A DNA stretch of 64,000 bases from Eledone cirrhosa (lineage: Eukaryota), in contig OZ024740.1 in assembly GCA_964016885.1 (NCBI GenBank), forward strand, positions 419,802,001-419,866,000. Direction: 5' to 3'. Each line of letters begins with the position of its first letter. Within the stretch, counting starts at the first letter, position 1. The notes under the pieces were generated by a model, which did no database searches, had not been told where the DNA came from, and saw nothing but the letters and a program-made list of their open reading frames with translations. Below are positions 25,735 through 37,460 of this stretch, one piece after another. The translations under genes and the position numbers were made by a program.

Positions 25735-26451
25735 AATCTACAGTGTGGTCTGGGAGCTTTTTATCGTGACACTCACACAACCACTTTGCAGTGTGGGCTG
25801 GGTGCTTTTTGTTGTGACACCTACACAACCACTTTGCGTGAGGGCTGGGTGCTTTTTGTTATGACCACTTTACAGCGTGGGCTGGGTGCTTTTTGTCGTC
25901 ACACTCACATGACCACTTTACAGTGTGGGCTGGGTGCTTTTGTCATGACACCTACACGACCACTTTACAGTGTGGGCTGGGTGCTTTTTGTCATGACACC
26001 TACACGACCACTTTACAGTGTGGGCTGGGTGCTTTTTGTCATGACACTCACACGACCACTTTACAGTGTGGGCTGGGTGCTTTTGTCATGACACCTACAC
26101 GACCACTTTACAGTGTGGGCTGGGTGATTTTTGTCATGACACCTACATGACCACTTTACAGTGTGGGCTGGGTGCTTTTTGTCATGACACTCACACGACC
26201 ACTTTACAGTGTGGGCTGGGTGCTTTTTGTCATGACACTCACACGACCACTTTACAGTGTGAGCTGGGTGCTTTTTGTCACGACACCTACATGACCACTT
26301 TACAGTGTGGGCTGGGTGCTTTTTGTCATGACACTCACACGACCACTTTACAGTGTGGGCTGGGTGCTTTTTGTCATGACACTCACACGACCACTTTACA
26401 GTGTGGGCTGGGTGCTTTTTGTCATGACACTCACACGACCACTTTACAGTG
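25735..26451. repeat. Minisatellite, 47-48-bp unit, ~15 copies, derived from the SINE/RTE 3' UTR
   Basis: cactttacagtgtgggctgggtgctttttgtcatgacacctacacgac; the monomer occurs in SINE and RTE tails (e.g. 16490-16540, 58120-58215). Confidence 0.9.
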
Positions 26452-27544
26452 GTAGCTACATATGTAGCTACCACATTATTTAATAATCCCTTCATATCAG
26501 CATATTTCTAATGTATCCAATCAGTGTATATCATACATTTAATAGAGTTCACCCTACCACCACTTTCCTGCTCATTCTACCTCTCCACATGGTTTACCAC
26601 TTGTCACCACATTTGTCTTGCCAATATTCACCTTCATATCTTTAGTCTCCATACATTCCTTCCCATTATTCACTCCACTTCTCCCTCAGTCCATCCATAT
26701 CCTCATCTATGTACAACTCCCATGGTAAACCCTCTATTACGCTTCAGGCCAGTACCTCCATCACTACAAATAAAAGTGAGTTTAATACTGAACCCTAATG
26801 CACTTCAACATGGTAAAAGAAATCATTATGTAATGTGGTGAAGCAAAAACTATACTGTAAATGACATTTAAAACATTTTAAATATAAAAATATTAAAACT
26901 TTATAAAAATATTCTCCATTCATGAAAATTTCAAAACTATGCCATCTCAACATCGTGTGTTGATTAGCTACCTCATGTCATACACGTGGTTTGGATTTTT
27001 GTCCACTTCTCAGTAATAAAATAGTGGGGTTGACTTATATAAGGTACTTTAGATTTCTGTATATACAAGTGGTGTTAAGAAAATCTCAGGAGAGCTAAAC
27101 TGCAAGTCTTCAGAGAAGAAACCACACTCAAGCAAGTGGTACCCATCCGGATATCAGAGACTTAGAGATTTTGTTGACAGGATCTAACTGGAACTACTTT
27201 CCGTATAGACAGATAAAAGAAACAGTTAGTAAAGAGTTATTGCCCTTAGATACATAATATTTGTTGTATAACAAAATACTGAATTATATAACTTATTGAA
27301 AATAACATCAAGTTTTCATTCTATAGCACATTCCTATTTTATTATGCAATGTATGAATAATATAATTTACTTAGGGTGGATTACTAAGTCTTATAGCTTG
27401 AAACCATAAGTTATACTGTCAATAGAATCTGATACGATAAATGAAATATAAGATAACATCACCTTTTATTAAATACATCTTGTTAATTCTCAAATAAAAT
27501 GGATAAAACACAAACAGTTGTATACTAACCAACATATTCATGGA

Positions 27545-28190
27545 ACAAATTTTCACTTATGAGAGCACCTGGAGTGTTTCATGTCTACACAATCTCTTTG
27601 AACACCCCCAACAATAGTCTGCCATCATGCGTGTGTTCCATCTACCTTGATATCTCTCCGCCATAACCCTGACATCTTGACAGAAGCGCTCACCGCTCAC
27701 GTCTCCAAGATTAGCAGGAAATTCATTGAGATGACTTTTGAGGAAATTAATCTTTAAGCTCATGTTGCAGCCTAAAAGATGAAAGCAATGTCGCCACTAA
27801 ATCCTTGTAGTTTTCAGCCCCTTTTGCTGCCCAAAACTCCTCTCACAACAGACACAAATGAATCCGATGCTTTTTCTTCTACATCATTCATCGAACTTGA
27901 AGTTTTGGTGCTTCATTAACTTTCTGATTTGCGTCCCGTCAAAAACACCAGCCTTTATTTTATCATATCTTAGGCCAGGAAATGATGTACATATGAATTT
28001 GAAACTGTCAAAGCTCTTAATGTGGAGAGTGACTGTTTCATTAGTCCCAGTTTAATATGAAGGGGTGGGAAGATGATGTTCTCTCTTGCCAAACAAGTGG
28101 TTGGTGTATGATATTCTTCTAACTGGCCAGTGCTTCCGTTCCCAATATTTGACTTTCACTCAGTTATCCCAGAAACACAGATATTTTGTG
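27545..28190 (-). mobile_element. Decayed DNA transposase relic, probably Chapaev3-like (CMC superfamily)
   Basis: Frame-broken motifs PLHIKLGLMKQ, KIKAGVFDGTQIRKLMK, SLKINFLKSHLNEFPANLGDVS.GERF.QD..M..RYQGRW..MMADYCW. Family name is from recall. Confidence 0.7.
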
Positions 28191-28355
28191 TCAAGAGTGC
28201 AACCACCTCTTTAATGCTAATGTCATGATAAAATGCACCATGTACATTAGCAAGATGCAGCCTCCCAACCTATGCTAGTATAGAAAACAGATGTTGAACC
28301 ACAATGATTATGATGTGTTTGTGGGAGTCTATATTATTTTATATTAAGTATCAGA

Positions 28356-28840
28356 AAAACCTGGGACGAGCTGATAAATTCCGACCTCACACACTTACAC
28401 CTCTCCAAGACAATGTCACTGGACCGAGACCTTTGGCGGTACTCAGTAATAGAGAAGACCCACCTTACCTAAATACAAAGTAAAACCTACTACAGTCAGT
28501 AGGCATCTCTAACAAAATACACCCCCCGTCCCACCATCCACAACGCCCCTTTCAATGTAAAGTTATGTTGGTGCCACAACATCCAGGCCGAAACAAATGA
28601 GATCGTGTATGTGTCACGACAAAAAAAAAAACACAGTCCACGCTGTAATGTGGCCGTGTAGGCAACACAGTAAAAACCTCCCAGTCCCACACTGTAAATG
28701 TGGTCGGTGTTAGGAAGGGCATCCAGCTGTAGAAAACCCGCCAGACAGTCCTATGCGAGCAAGACAATCACTCTTGCCTCAAGTGGGAAAAACCCCCGCC
28801 CAAACCCATGCATCCGTGGAACACGGACGTTGATGATGAT
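28356..28840 (+). mobile_element. Short 3' fragment of the same RTE subfamily as 57969-61924
   Basis: aaaacctgggacgagctgataaa.. through 3' UTR and (GAT)n, colinear with 44048-44560. Confidence 0.9.
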
Positions 28841-29023
28841 ATGAACCTGATGCTACAATATAAAGTTGGATACCAGATAAATACCTACTTCACATGCGAG
28901 ACTGAGTCATCTGTCTAACCTTGTGTATGGTTCAGTTACAGCATAACTATCTTTGCTCTTCCAAGAGAGTTCTCTCACTACTTGTTCAATATATAATGCT
29001 ACACATATATATGCATATGAGTT

Positions 29024-29175
29024 TAGGCATGGCTTAGTGGTTAGAGCATTGGGCTTGCAATCGAAAGGTTGTGAGTTCAATTCTCGGACTGGGTGATGTG
29101 TTGTTTCCTTGAGCAAGACACTTTATTTCACGTTGCTCCAGTTTACTCAGCTGTAGGACTGGGGCCCCTATCATT
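29024..29175 (+). mobile_element. 3'-truncated CORE-type tRNA SINE
   Basis: Head and CORE match 1718-1880. Confidence 0.8.
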
Positions 29176-29832
29176 AAAATCACCCAAGACACCTCCAACG
29201 AGATATACCTTGGAGGAGGCCAGCTAAACCTGCATAGGTGTGAGCTGTCTCACTCACACACACACACATATATACATATAAGCTTGTATATCTGACAAGA
29301 TATTGAAAAAGAGTCAGGGCCCCGTCACCTTGATTGTACCCTGATCTAATCAATATCGAAACAATTATAATATGCAAATAAAGTCATCTGTCACCACTGG
29401 TCTCGAAGTTGTAACCATGATTTTCTTTGTCTCTTCTTCACCCTCCCTCTACTCATCCATAAACAAAATAGCTAAGTAGAGATATTAATACTGTGACCTA
29501 TAAAACAAATAGGATTTCAATATATTTTCTCAATCTTTAGACATAATTTTTATTTCCTTTTGCTCAGAAACTAAAAAAAACAACAAAAAAAAAATTTGGA
29601 GAATTTTATTTATAAAAGTGCAAAAATAGTTTTTTTTAAATATGTTCCAGTAATTGATAGAAACTAAAAAATAAATAAACTTTACAACTGACAAAAGAAA
29701 TTCAACTCATTTTTGAAGAGGTTTATCCAAATGTCTTAAACTTATAGTAGTGAGACAAAAAAAAAAAAAAAAGGAGGGGGGGGGGGGCACAAAGAAATTA
29801 AATATTGCCATTATCCCATCAATGTTTTTACA

Positions 29833-29864
<32 letters not shown>

Positions 29865-30064
29865 ATTATATTTATTTACATAATATTCCATTATTAAGAT
29901 TTAATTTGAAATAGAAATCAAATACATAAATTAGTAAAACTTTCTAAAAACAGGACACCACTAGCCTGAAAGGCTAGAGGGGGAAAAAAAAAAAACAACC
30001 CAGTCTTGGGAGAAAGGTTTACATTATTTAATAAGGTAATGAAAACAATTATAAATTAAAGGGG

Positions 30065-30365
30065 TACCATATCCTCTAGCCAATAAGCCTTGAATAATTG
30101 ATCAAAGTACTTAAGCCAAACTCAAGCAGATAATAGAGTACATCATATCCTCTAGCCAATAAGCCTTTAAACAATTGGTCAAAGTACTGGTCAGTCCCTT
30201 AAGCCAAACTCAAGCAGATAATAGAGTACTCGATGTATGTAGCCTTGAACAATTGGTCAAAGTACCAGTCAGTGCCTTAAGCCAAACTCAAGTACACCAT
30301 GTCATGTAGCCTTGAACAATTGGTCAAAGTACCGGTCAGTCCCTTAAGCCAAACTCAAGCAGATG
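30065..30365. repeat. Degenerate tandem repeat, ~4 units of 70-85 bp
   Basis: Recurrent agccttgaacaattggtcaaagtac..cttaagccaaactcaagcagat. Confidence 0.8.
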
Positions 30366-31427
30366 ATATGAAGTGGAATGCCACTTATGAAGAAATATCA
30401 CAGATACACAAATGTGTTAGGGATTACAGTTTAGAGGCTAGATAGATGTTATTTTGACAAATCTAAGATTAAAAGGAATAAACAAACAAGCACAATGAAG
30501 AATGACAAATATTCAGATACTTGAAAACTGTTAGTAGTTTGTTTCAAGTTTTCTGTGAATAAAAATGACTAGGTTCACTCACAAAAATCCACCGCTAATG
30601 TTAGCTTTTGAAAGAAATAAAGAAGGAAAAAAAAGTTTCATTATAAACTTACTATATATACACACACACACACAAGAATATTATCCTCTTCCCCCACCCC
30701 ATAGGAACAGTATAGACAGTTTGGAAAAAAAAAACAAAAAAAAAACAATATAAATACAGTTACATTACAAAATATAAAATGAATAATTTACAAACATAAA
30801 ATATGAGAGCGAGATAAATAAATATAATTGTTGTGTGAAGAAGACATGTTAGAAATACATGACATGTTTGAAAGTCCTCATCACAACCATCTTACTTCAT
30901 ACACAGATTTACTGTCATGGAGTCTTCCATGTTGCTTCTTCCAGACACAGATTTACTGTCAAGGAATCTTTTTCAATGCCAGCAATCCAAATTAAAATAA
31001 ATCCATGTTTGTTTTAGTCAACAAACCAAATTAGGATTAAATTCTTTGTGTTAAGCATTTGTTATGAAAATATCTTCACACCAGCTTTTGTGTGTCCAGG
31101 GTTGTTTTACCCTCTGTTAACTCCAAGTCACTTGGCTCAGCCTTAATTGTTTCATTCTTTGTTGAATCAATCTTGTTTCATATCTCGACCTTCTTCATTT
31201 ACTTCAATGCTCAAACTAAATATTTTTAGTTTCAACTGTAAATCAAGCCATCTTTCATTGCTCTGTACTGCAACTATTCAAATATTTCACTAACAACTTT
31301 CACTTTAAGCCAGTTTATCTTTTTCATCTTATGATACAATGTCCAACATATCCACTTTGAACATTAACCAACTGAAAAAGATATTTCCTTCTCCAGGCCT
31401 TGTTAAACTGATAGATATTTTCCAATC

Positions 31428-31538
31428 TTAAATTTCAATATTTGATAGATTGCTAATAGTTTGATTATGACGTGTATTTTTTTGATTCCGATTGTGTACA
31501 ATGAAATTGCTGTAGACCTTTTGTCTTTTCTTTTTGAT
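31428..31538 (-). CDS. SUEL-CUB receptor, coding exon 6 (cytoplasmic tail and stop)
   Basis: tttcag|ATC AAA AAG.. gives IKKKRQKVYSNFIVHNRNQKNTRHNQTISNLSNIEI*; phase 0 matches the previous exon. Confidence 0.8.
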   Translation of the reverse strand: MKKKRQKVYSNFIVHNRNQKNTRHNQTISNLSNIEI

Positions 31539-31664
31539 CTGAAATTTAAAAAAAATATAATCACAATTAATTGACTTAAATTGGAAAGAAACATACTCCA
31601 TTAACATATATTCAATACATATTGATTGAAAAATGATATATTATTGATCGGTAAATATACTTAC

Positions 31665-31744
31665 ATGTATTTTGAAAACCAGGAATATAAGGAAAGCAAT
31701 TAAAATAAAGAGAAGTGTACCGATAACCCCAGCAGTTGCCGCAA
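31665..31744 (-). CDS. SUEL-CUB receptor, coding exon 5 (transmembrane helix)
   Basis: taatag|..|gtaagt; VAATAGVIGTLLFILIAFLIFLVFKIH. Confidence 0.88.
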
Positions 31745-31851
31745 CTATTAGTAAAAATACAAAAAGAAATAAAATGAATTAGTCTGTTGTATTCTTTTTA
31801 TAATAAGACATTCATTAACCCTTGAACATTTACATTACTCTATATATAGTG

Positions 31852-32048
31852 TGGAGGCACGTAGCCTAGTGGTAAGGGTGTTGGACTTATGGGTTCGATT
31901 CCTGGGTTGCGTGTTGTGTTCTTGAGCAAACACTTCATTTCACATTGATGCTGAAAATGAGTACCTGTAATGGACTGGAGTCGTGTACTCTCAGTCGCTT
32001 CACGCCATGAAACCAGAATGAGCCTTCCGGCTTACGGCAGACTTTAGA
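31852..32048 (+). mobile_element. tRNA/CORE-type SINE nested in a piggyBac-like MITE (31816-32227)
   Basis: A box tagcctagtggt, B box ggttcgattcc, cttgagcaaacacttcatttcac; MITE halves on both sides. Confidence 0.7.
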
Positions 32049-32287
32049 TATATATACTATTATATTTTCATGGTATAGACTTTACCTCACATAATATCAA
32101 ATGAGATTTTGATGTTATTTATTTTGAGAACAATACCTTAACATCAGTATCAGCAGCTGGTTACAGCCAGTTTGAACAGAAAGAGGTGACAGAATTCTGG
32201 CCATATATGGCCAGTTTAAATGCTAAATTTTGACATTTTTAAGTTAAAAAAATTAATTTGTGGGAATAAAAAAAAAAGGACATTTAC

Positions 32288-32479
32288 CAAAAATAACTGA
32301 ACTGTTCACTTGAGTATTTTGGTCACTTTGGTAATGTTGGTAGTTTTTAACAGTTGGATTTTCTGCTATGTTAGTGTTATATTCTGATACTATCAGTTTA
32401 GGACTGACAGGTCTCTCTGTTGTAGGGGTTTCTTTATTTGGCTTTGTTGGAGTTGGTGTACTTCCTGATAGAGGGATTG
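32288..32479 (-). CDS. SUEL-CUB receptor, coding exon 4 (Ser/Thr/Pro-rich stalk)
   Basis: aaacag|..|gtaaat, 192 nt, phase 1-1, open: AIPLSGSTPTPTKPNKETPTTERPVSPK..QVNSSVIF. Confidence 0.85.
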
Positions 32480-32735
32480 CTGTTTAAAATAAATAAAATA
32501 TAATTCATTATTAAAATGTTCAGTTTCTTTCGTAATTTAGCAAAGTGTTATTTTATGATATTTGACGAATTCAAATTAGTTGATTTAACAATATGAAACA
32601 AAGATGATAGTAATGTGGTATACAAGAAGTTACTATTAGCTGGCGCCAGGGGTATTTCCAAATTGATTAGCAACAACTAACAAGTATCAAAGATCAAGAT
32701 TTTAAGTGTTTATGTTATCACACACATTCGAAATC

Positions 32736-32774
<39 letters not shown>

Positions 32775-33475
32775 ACCAGTCTAATACTGAGATCGATTTT
32801 TCCTCTATATCTCTTTCTTATTTTCTCTCTCTCACTTTCTATCCTTCTGTGAGAGAAATCGGCTCTGATCAGACTTGGAGATCCAAGAAACGATGTATGC
32901 CACTAGAGTGACCCCATGACCCAATACCATATTTATATATACAACAACAAAATATATCGATTAAATTTAACAAATGACTGAAACTACTAAAATGGTGGAC
33001 CATTTGAAAATAAAGAATTTGTTTTAATATAAATTCCTCTCTCTTGCTCACATACAAACATATCCTTCGCTTCCCATACTTGTTATAACGTGGGATTTCG
33101 GCGTTGCTGCTGCCACCATCACCGCTTTCTCTCACACACATACTCTTAGGTCTTGAATAATGCCCCCCCCCCCCCCCCCCCCACACACACACAAATTTCA
33201 TTTTAATCTATCTCAGGCGAAATTTTATTGTAAATGATTCATATCGATACAGCAGCTGGATAATCTAAGAATAATTTCATTTTACATTTAAAAAGATTAC
33301 AAGAAATCCTATATTTACAAACGTACACTATACAATCCCCCTCCCCCCATTATTTTGGACCCGGGAGTACACACCCATCCCAGTGTGGCAGACTTCCTCT
33401 GTTATTTAACACCACAAAAGCACAGATTTAAAGCTCCAGACGATAGTTGTATAATATTTGAAACTCAAAACTTAC

Positions 33476-33823
33476 CTTCGTAATAAAGCCAAAGTCCCTT
33501 CCGTTTCCCTTTACTTGTCATGGTCAGTGTCAAATTTATGTCATTCTTTAATGGATGAAAACTTTTTTCATTGACACTTCGATTACATATCGTTATGGTA
33601 TTAAATCCCGAATTCAAAAACAAATAATCTGTACAGTTTTTATTTCGTTCACCCTTTAGATCAAGATCGAGTATATATAACTGGATTTTTTTGTGAGGCT
33701 CCACTTTAATATTCAAACTACAACTGAACTGTCCTTGAACATTGTTAGGGTAACGATCACTTGAAATATAACCACTTTCGGCAGTGAGGAGTTTAGTGTC
33801 ACATATCTTTGTGATTTCAGATC
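33476..33823 (-). CDS. SUEL-CUB receptor, coding exon 3 (CUB domain)
   Basis: ttcaaag|..|gtaagt, 348 nt, phase 1-1; ICDTKLLTAESGYISSDRYPNN..CSLNIKV..IQLYILDLDL..CTDYL..TIC..KGLWLYYE shows the CUB pattern with 4 Cys. Confidence 0.9.
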
Positions 33824-34318
33824 CTTTGAAAAAGAAACAAGAAATGGTTAAAAATAATTAATAACCAGGATAATAATTTAGTTATTGTAAGACGTGTCAA
33901 TATAGCCGTCACAAAGATCAATTCTTTTAATGAACAATAATATAACTGATTAGAAATATATTGGAACTATATATTAATACAATATTTTTCAAGATTGTTA
34001 GAATGATGGAATAAATATATATATATATAGTAATAATAATAAATGTGAAAACTGAAATCCAAAGAGGGCTCGATAAGGATAAATATATAAGAACCCTAAA
34101 GCAAATATTTATTAAAATAACAGATTAAAGTTCAAGTAAAGAATCGGTTATTTTAATATTATATATAAACAACGATTTATTTCCCAAATGTGAAACATTT
34201 GCTAAATTACTTTCATTGTTTCAACCAAATAAATAAAAAATAAACCCCACCAGTTTTCACAAACCCAGGCAAGAGAGTATATAGTTTCCACCCTCTCGAT
34301 TATATAATATCCCTGTCT

Positions 34319-34590
34319 TATTTTAAGGTTCCATTAAAGTGAAAGTTAAATTTCTAGGCGAGAAATAAATTTTAAAAAAAAATAGACGTAAACACATACA
34401 GAAATTAGTTTCTCTATTTATACCGCTACTAGTAAAAAAATATATGTAAAATAGAAAAATAGTCACCCTTAAATGTAATGAAAATTATATTCACATTTAG
34501 CAAGAAATGTGTACATGAATAGAATGATTATTTATGTTTTGGTTTTCCATCTAGAAATTTCAACTTTCACTTTAATGGAACCCTAAAATA
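34319..34590. mobile_element. Small MITE-like inverted-repeat element in an intron
   Basis: ~40-bp arms tattttaaggttccattaaagtgaaagttaaatttctag / ctagaaatttcaactttcactttaatggaaccctaaaata. Confidence 0.65.
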
Positions 34591-34882
34591 GGACTATACC
34601 TCAAGGATTACGAATGCATCTCTGATGTAGAATAATCATGTCCCTTTATTTACTTCACACACACATACACACATATACATATACCAACATGTTAGGGGGT
34701 TTAGAGAATCACTCCGATTGTTTGGTCTAATTTCTTAAGGTGATCGCCATCTAGTAACAAGCAGTAATTCTGATAGCCATCGAATCATTGTATCAATATA
34801 AAAAGCCAACAAACGAAGCAGTTTGTTTGATATAATCAATATGAAATATTAAAGATGTTTTTTTGTTTTTTTTTTTACTTAC

Positions 34883-35164
34883 TCTTTACACATTTGTATT
34901 CCACTTGAAAATAATTGAAGTCACATTTCTTAATTCTGCGACCAGTTTCTGCCGTTGGTAAGTTAACCCGACAGAACTCCCGACCCATGCAAGGGTAGTT
35001 TTGTTCATCTTCTTGTATACAATCGTTCTCCTCGTAACTACAAGCTCCCCTGCTACTGTGGCCATAAAAACTCCTTAATATGCGAACCATTGAACCTCTT
35101 GGACAAAAAGCGTCTAAAAAATCCTTTTTTTCTTTAAAACAAGCACTTGCTTTCAATTTCAAAC
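34883..35164 (-). CDS. SUEL-CUB receptor, coding exon 2 (SUEL/rhamnose-binding-lectin-like domain)
   Basis: ttgcag|..|gtaagt, 282 nt, phase 1-1; 8 Cys: AC..CPRGSMVRILRSFYG..C..C..CMGREFCRV..C..YFQVEYKC. Confidence 0.9.
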
Positions 35165-35510
35165 CTGCAAAATAATAATATTTCCTTTTATTTTGAGTTA
35201 TTAATTTGAAAAAACAAACAAAGAAAGCATCGCTGATTTATTATTATTTTTTACTATGATTGAAATATTTTAATAAACAAGATAGCAACATCTTTGTGTG
35301 CAAATCTATTACATTTTGTTATGATTCTGATATCAAATTTTGTTGTGTTTGGGTTATTTTTTTTACTATGATCAAATAATATATTTTAATATTATAAACA
35401 AGATAGCAACATCTTTGTGTGTAAATTTACGAAATGTTGATGTGTGTGTTTAGGTTATTGTTTTTTGTAAAAAATAAAAATCTCTGTAATAAATAAACAA
35501 AACAACTCAC

Positions 35511-35586
35511 CTAATACATAAGGACAAATATTAAAACAGAGAAAGAGTGGAAACAGGACAATCGACCAGCTAAATAATCTTGCCAT
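35511..35586 (-). CDS. SUEL-CUB receptor, coding exon 1 (start codon and signal peptide)
   Basis: atcATGG context; MARLFSWSIVLFPLFLCFNICPYVL G|gtgagt; acceptor tttttccag 12 nt upstream implies an earlier non-coding exon. Confidence 0.85.
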
Positions 35587-36565
35587 GATTGCTAGTCACT
35601 GGAAAAATATAAAAAAAATAAGAAGAAATGATGAGAAAATGTTAGTTTTTTTGTTAAATATTAACTGTAGTATTTAGTATTGATTAAAGAAAAATTGCAA
35701 GCACAAAGAAAGTGATATTAAATGTAATATATATTAGCTGTGTACGTCTCACAGCTGGACTAAGTAGAGTTAGTAACATACCTGGAACCGTTGTTCATAT
35801 ATTATACACCTGCTTAGAATGTTGTGTATCCTTTATATATATATCGACTGAATTTCCCTCCAAAATATAGAAAATATATAAATATGAAAGAGGATTGTTG
35901 AAGTCGGCGAGGACAACGACTTGCATAGAATCAGGTTTCTGGAACGGCTGCTTGTGGAGACAAAGAGCAGGAAGTATACCATCTGTGAATGCTTAAGGGG
36001 CTTTTAAAATATCTATCTTCGTAGAAAGAAAGTTCATTGTGTTGAAATGTAAACAAAGTATCCTCATTGACTAATTACTCATCAAAGACACTGGCTTATT
36101 ATTTTATTTACTCTGACGATCGTCATACTGTAAGCTGGCAGGTGCCATCATACTTAGAAGTCAGGCTATATCTGTTTATATATCCTCCTTCCCCCTACCT
36201 CGTGCAGCTTCAATTGATAGTGTGACCCGACATATGTTCGACTTTTTCTTTCTTTCTCTCTCTCTCTCTCTTTAGACTCAACCATTACTACTAAAGGGGA
36301 TTTCTTACACTCCTACTACTTCACTTTAGCTTTACGAGAACTAAGAAGACTGAAATTCCAACATTTCCATTGTTTGTTGTAGAAAACCGATGAAAACAAA
36401 GCAGAGCATTTTAATAACATTACAATATATATATATACATTTATATTTGCATATATATATATTTGCATATATATATATTTACATATATGTTTACATTTGC
36501 ATATATATTTACATATATGTTTGCATTTGCATATATATATATATATTTACAAATGTGTTTGCATT

Positions 36566-36616
<51 letters not shown>

Positions 36617-36887
36617 GCAAATGCAAACACATTTGTTTTACTTCACATGGCATTACAATTAATTAATTAATTAAATAATTAACAAGAAAATACTTTTGGT
36701 TGCATGCACTTTAAATATATTGAGTGGATTTTAGAAAATAGAAATAAAATAGATGACCAGATCAGTCGAGAAAATAGAAAAAAACTAGCAGAGTATATAT
36801 ATGTATGTGTGTGTAATAGAAGATTGTTTATTATTATCAATATTGGGATTTTTAGTTTGAAAATGTAGCTGTGATTATCTTACTTAC

Positions 36888-37460
36888 CCAGTCACTAGAA
36901 AAATGGAATAGCTCTAGAAATGGTTTCTCCACCTGTCAAGTTGATTACTAGGTATCATTGTTATGGTAATGAACAGTTGATACAGGTATTGTGTCGTCTG
37001 GCAGCGGTTGAATGATTAGTGAGTCTTAGGGGGTCAGGAAGCAGTCAATGTAGACGCTTCAAGTCGACAGTCTGCCACACTTTAGGGTGAAGTGGTGTGG
37101 ATGGGAGGCAGCAGAAAGAAAAGAAAGGAAAAAAACAACCTTTTTCTTTATCGAGCAACACCTGTCTTTCTGGTTGACAAACAATGAGCCTATCCCGACC
37201 TCTTACTTGTTAGGCGCGTGTCTGGCTTTACTTATCAACGACTAGAAAGAAAGAGAGAGAGAGAATCAGTGTCGTCTTTTCATAAGTAAAGCCACTTGAG
37301 GAGGAAAAACGAAGCTGATAGTGGAAGGAGGGGAGTGTTACCCTGGCGGGAAGTTGGGAGGATATTAAGTGTGTAGCGCACGCCTGGCTCTAAGCCGCCA
37401 CGTGCCAACCTTACAGCCTACTCCTAAAGCAATATTTTCTCTAATCTTACAGTTTCGGTC
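36888..37460 (-). promoter_or_regulatory. Candidate non-coding first exon / promoter of the SUEL-CUB gene
   Basis: Unique, relatively GC/CpG-rich island with a minus-strand donor gg|gtaagt at 36888/36887, E-box CACGTG (37399-37404) and GCGCACGC. Confidence 0.4.

Noticed and set aside
31403-31594. 63-aa minus-strand ORF as the last exon frame
   Set aside because: The phase-0 junction from the TM exon selects a different frame (IKKKRQKVYSNF..), ending at 31428
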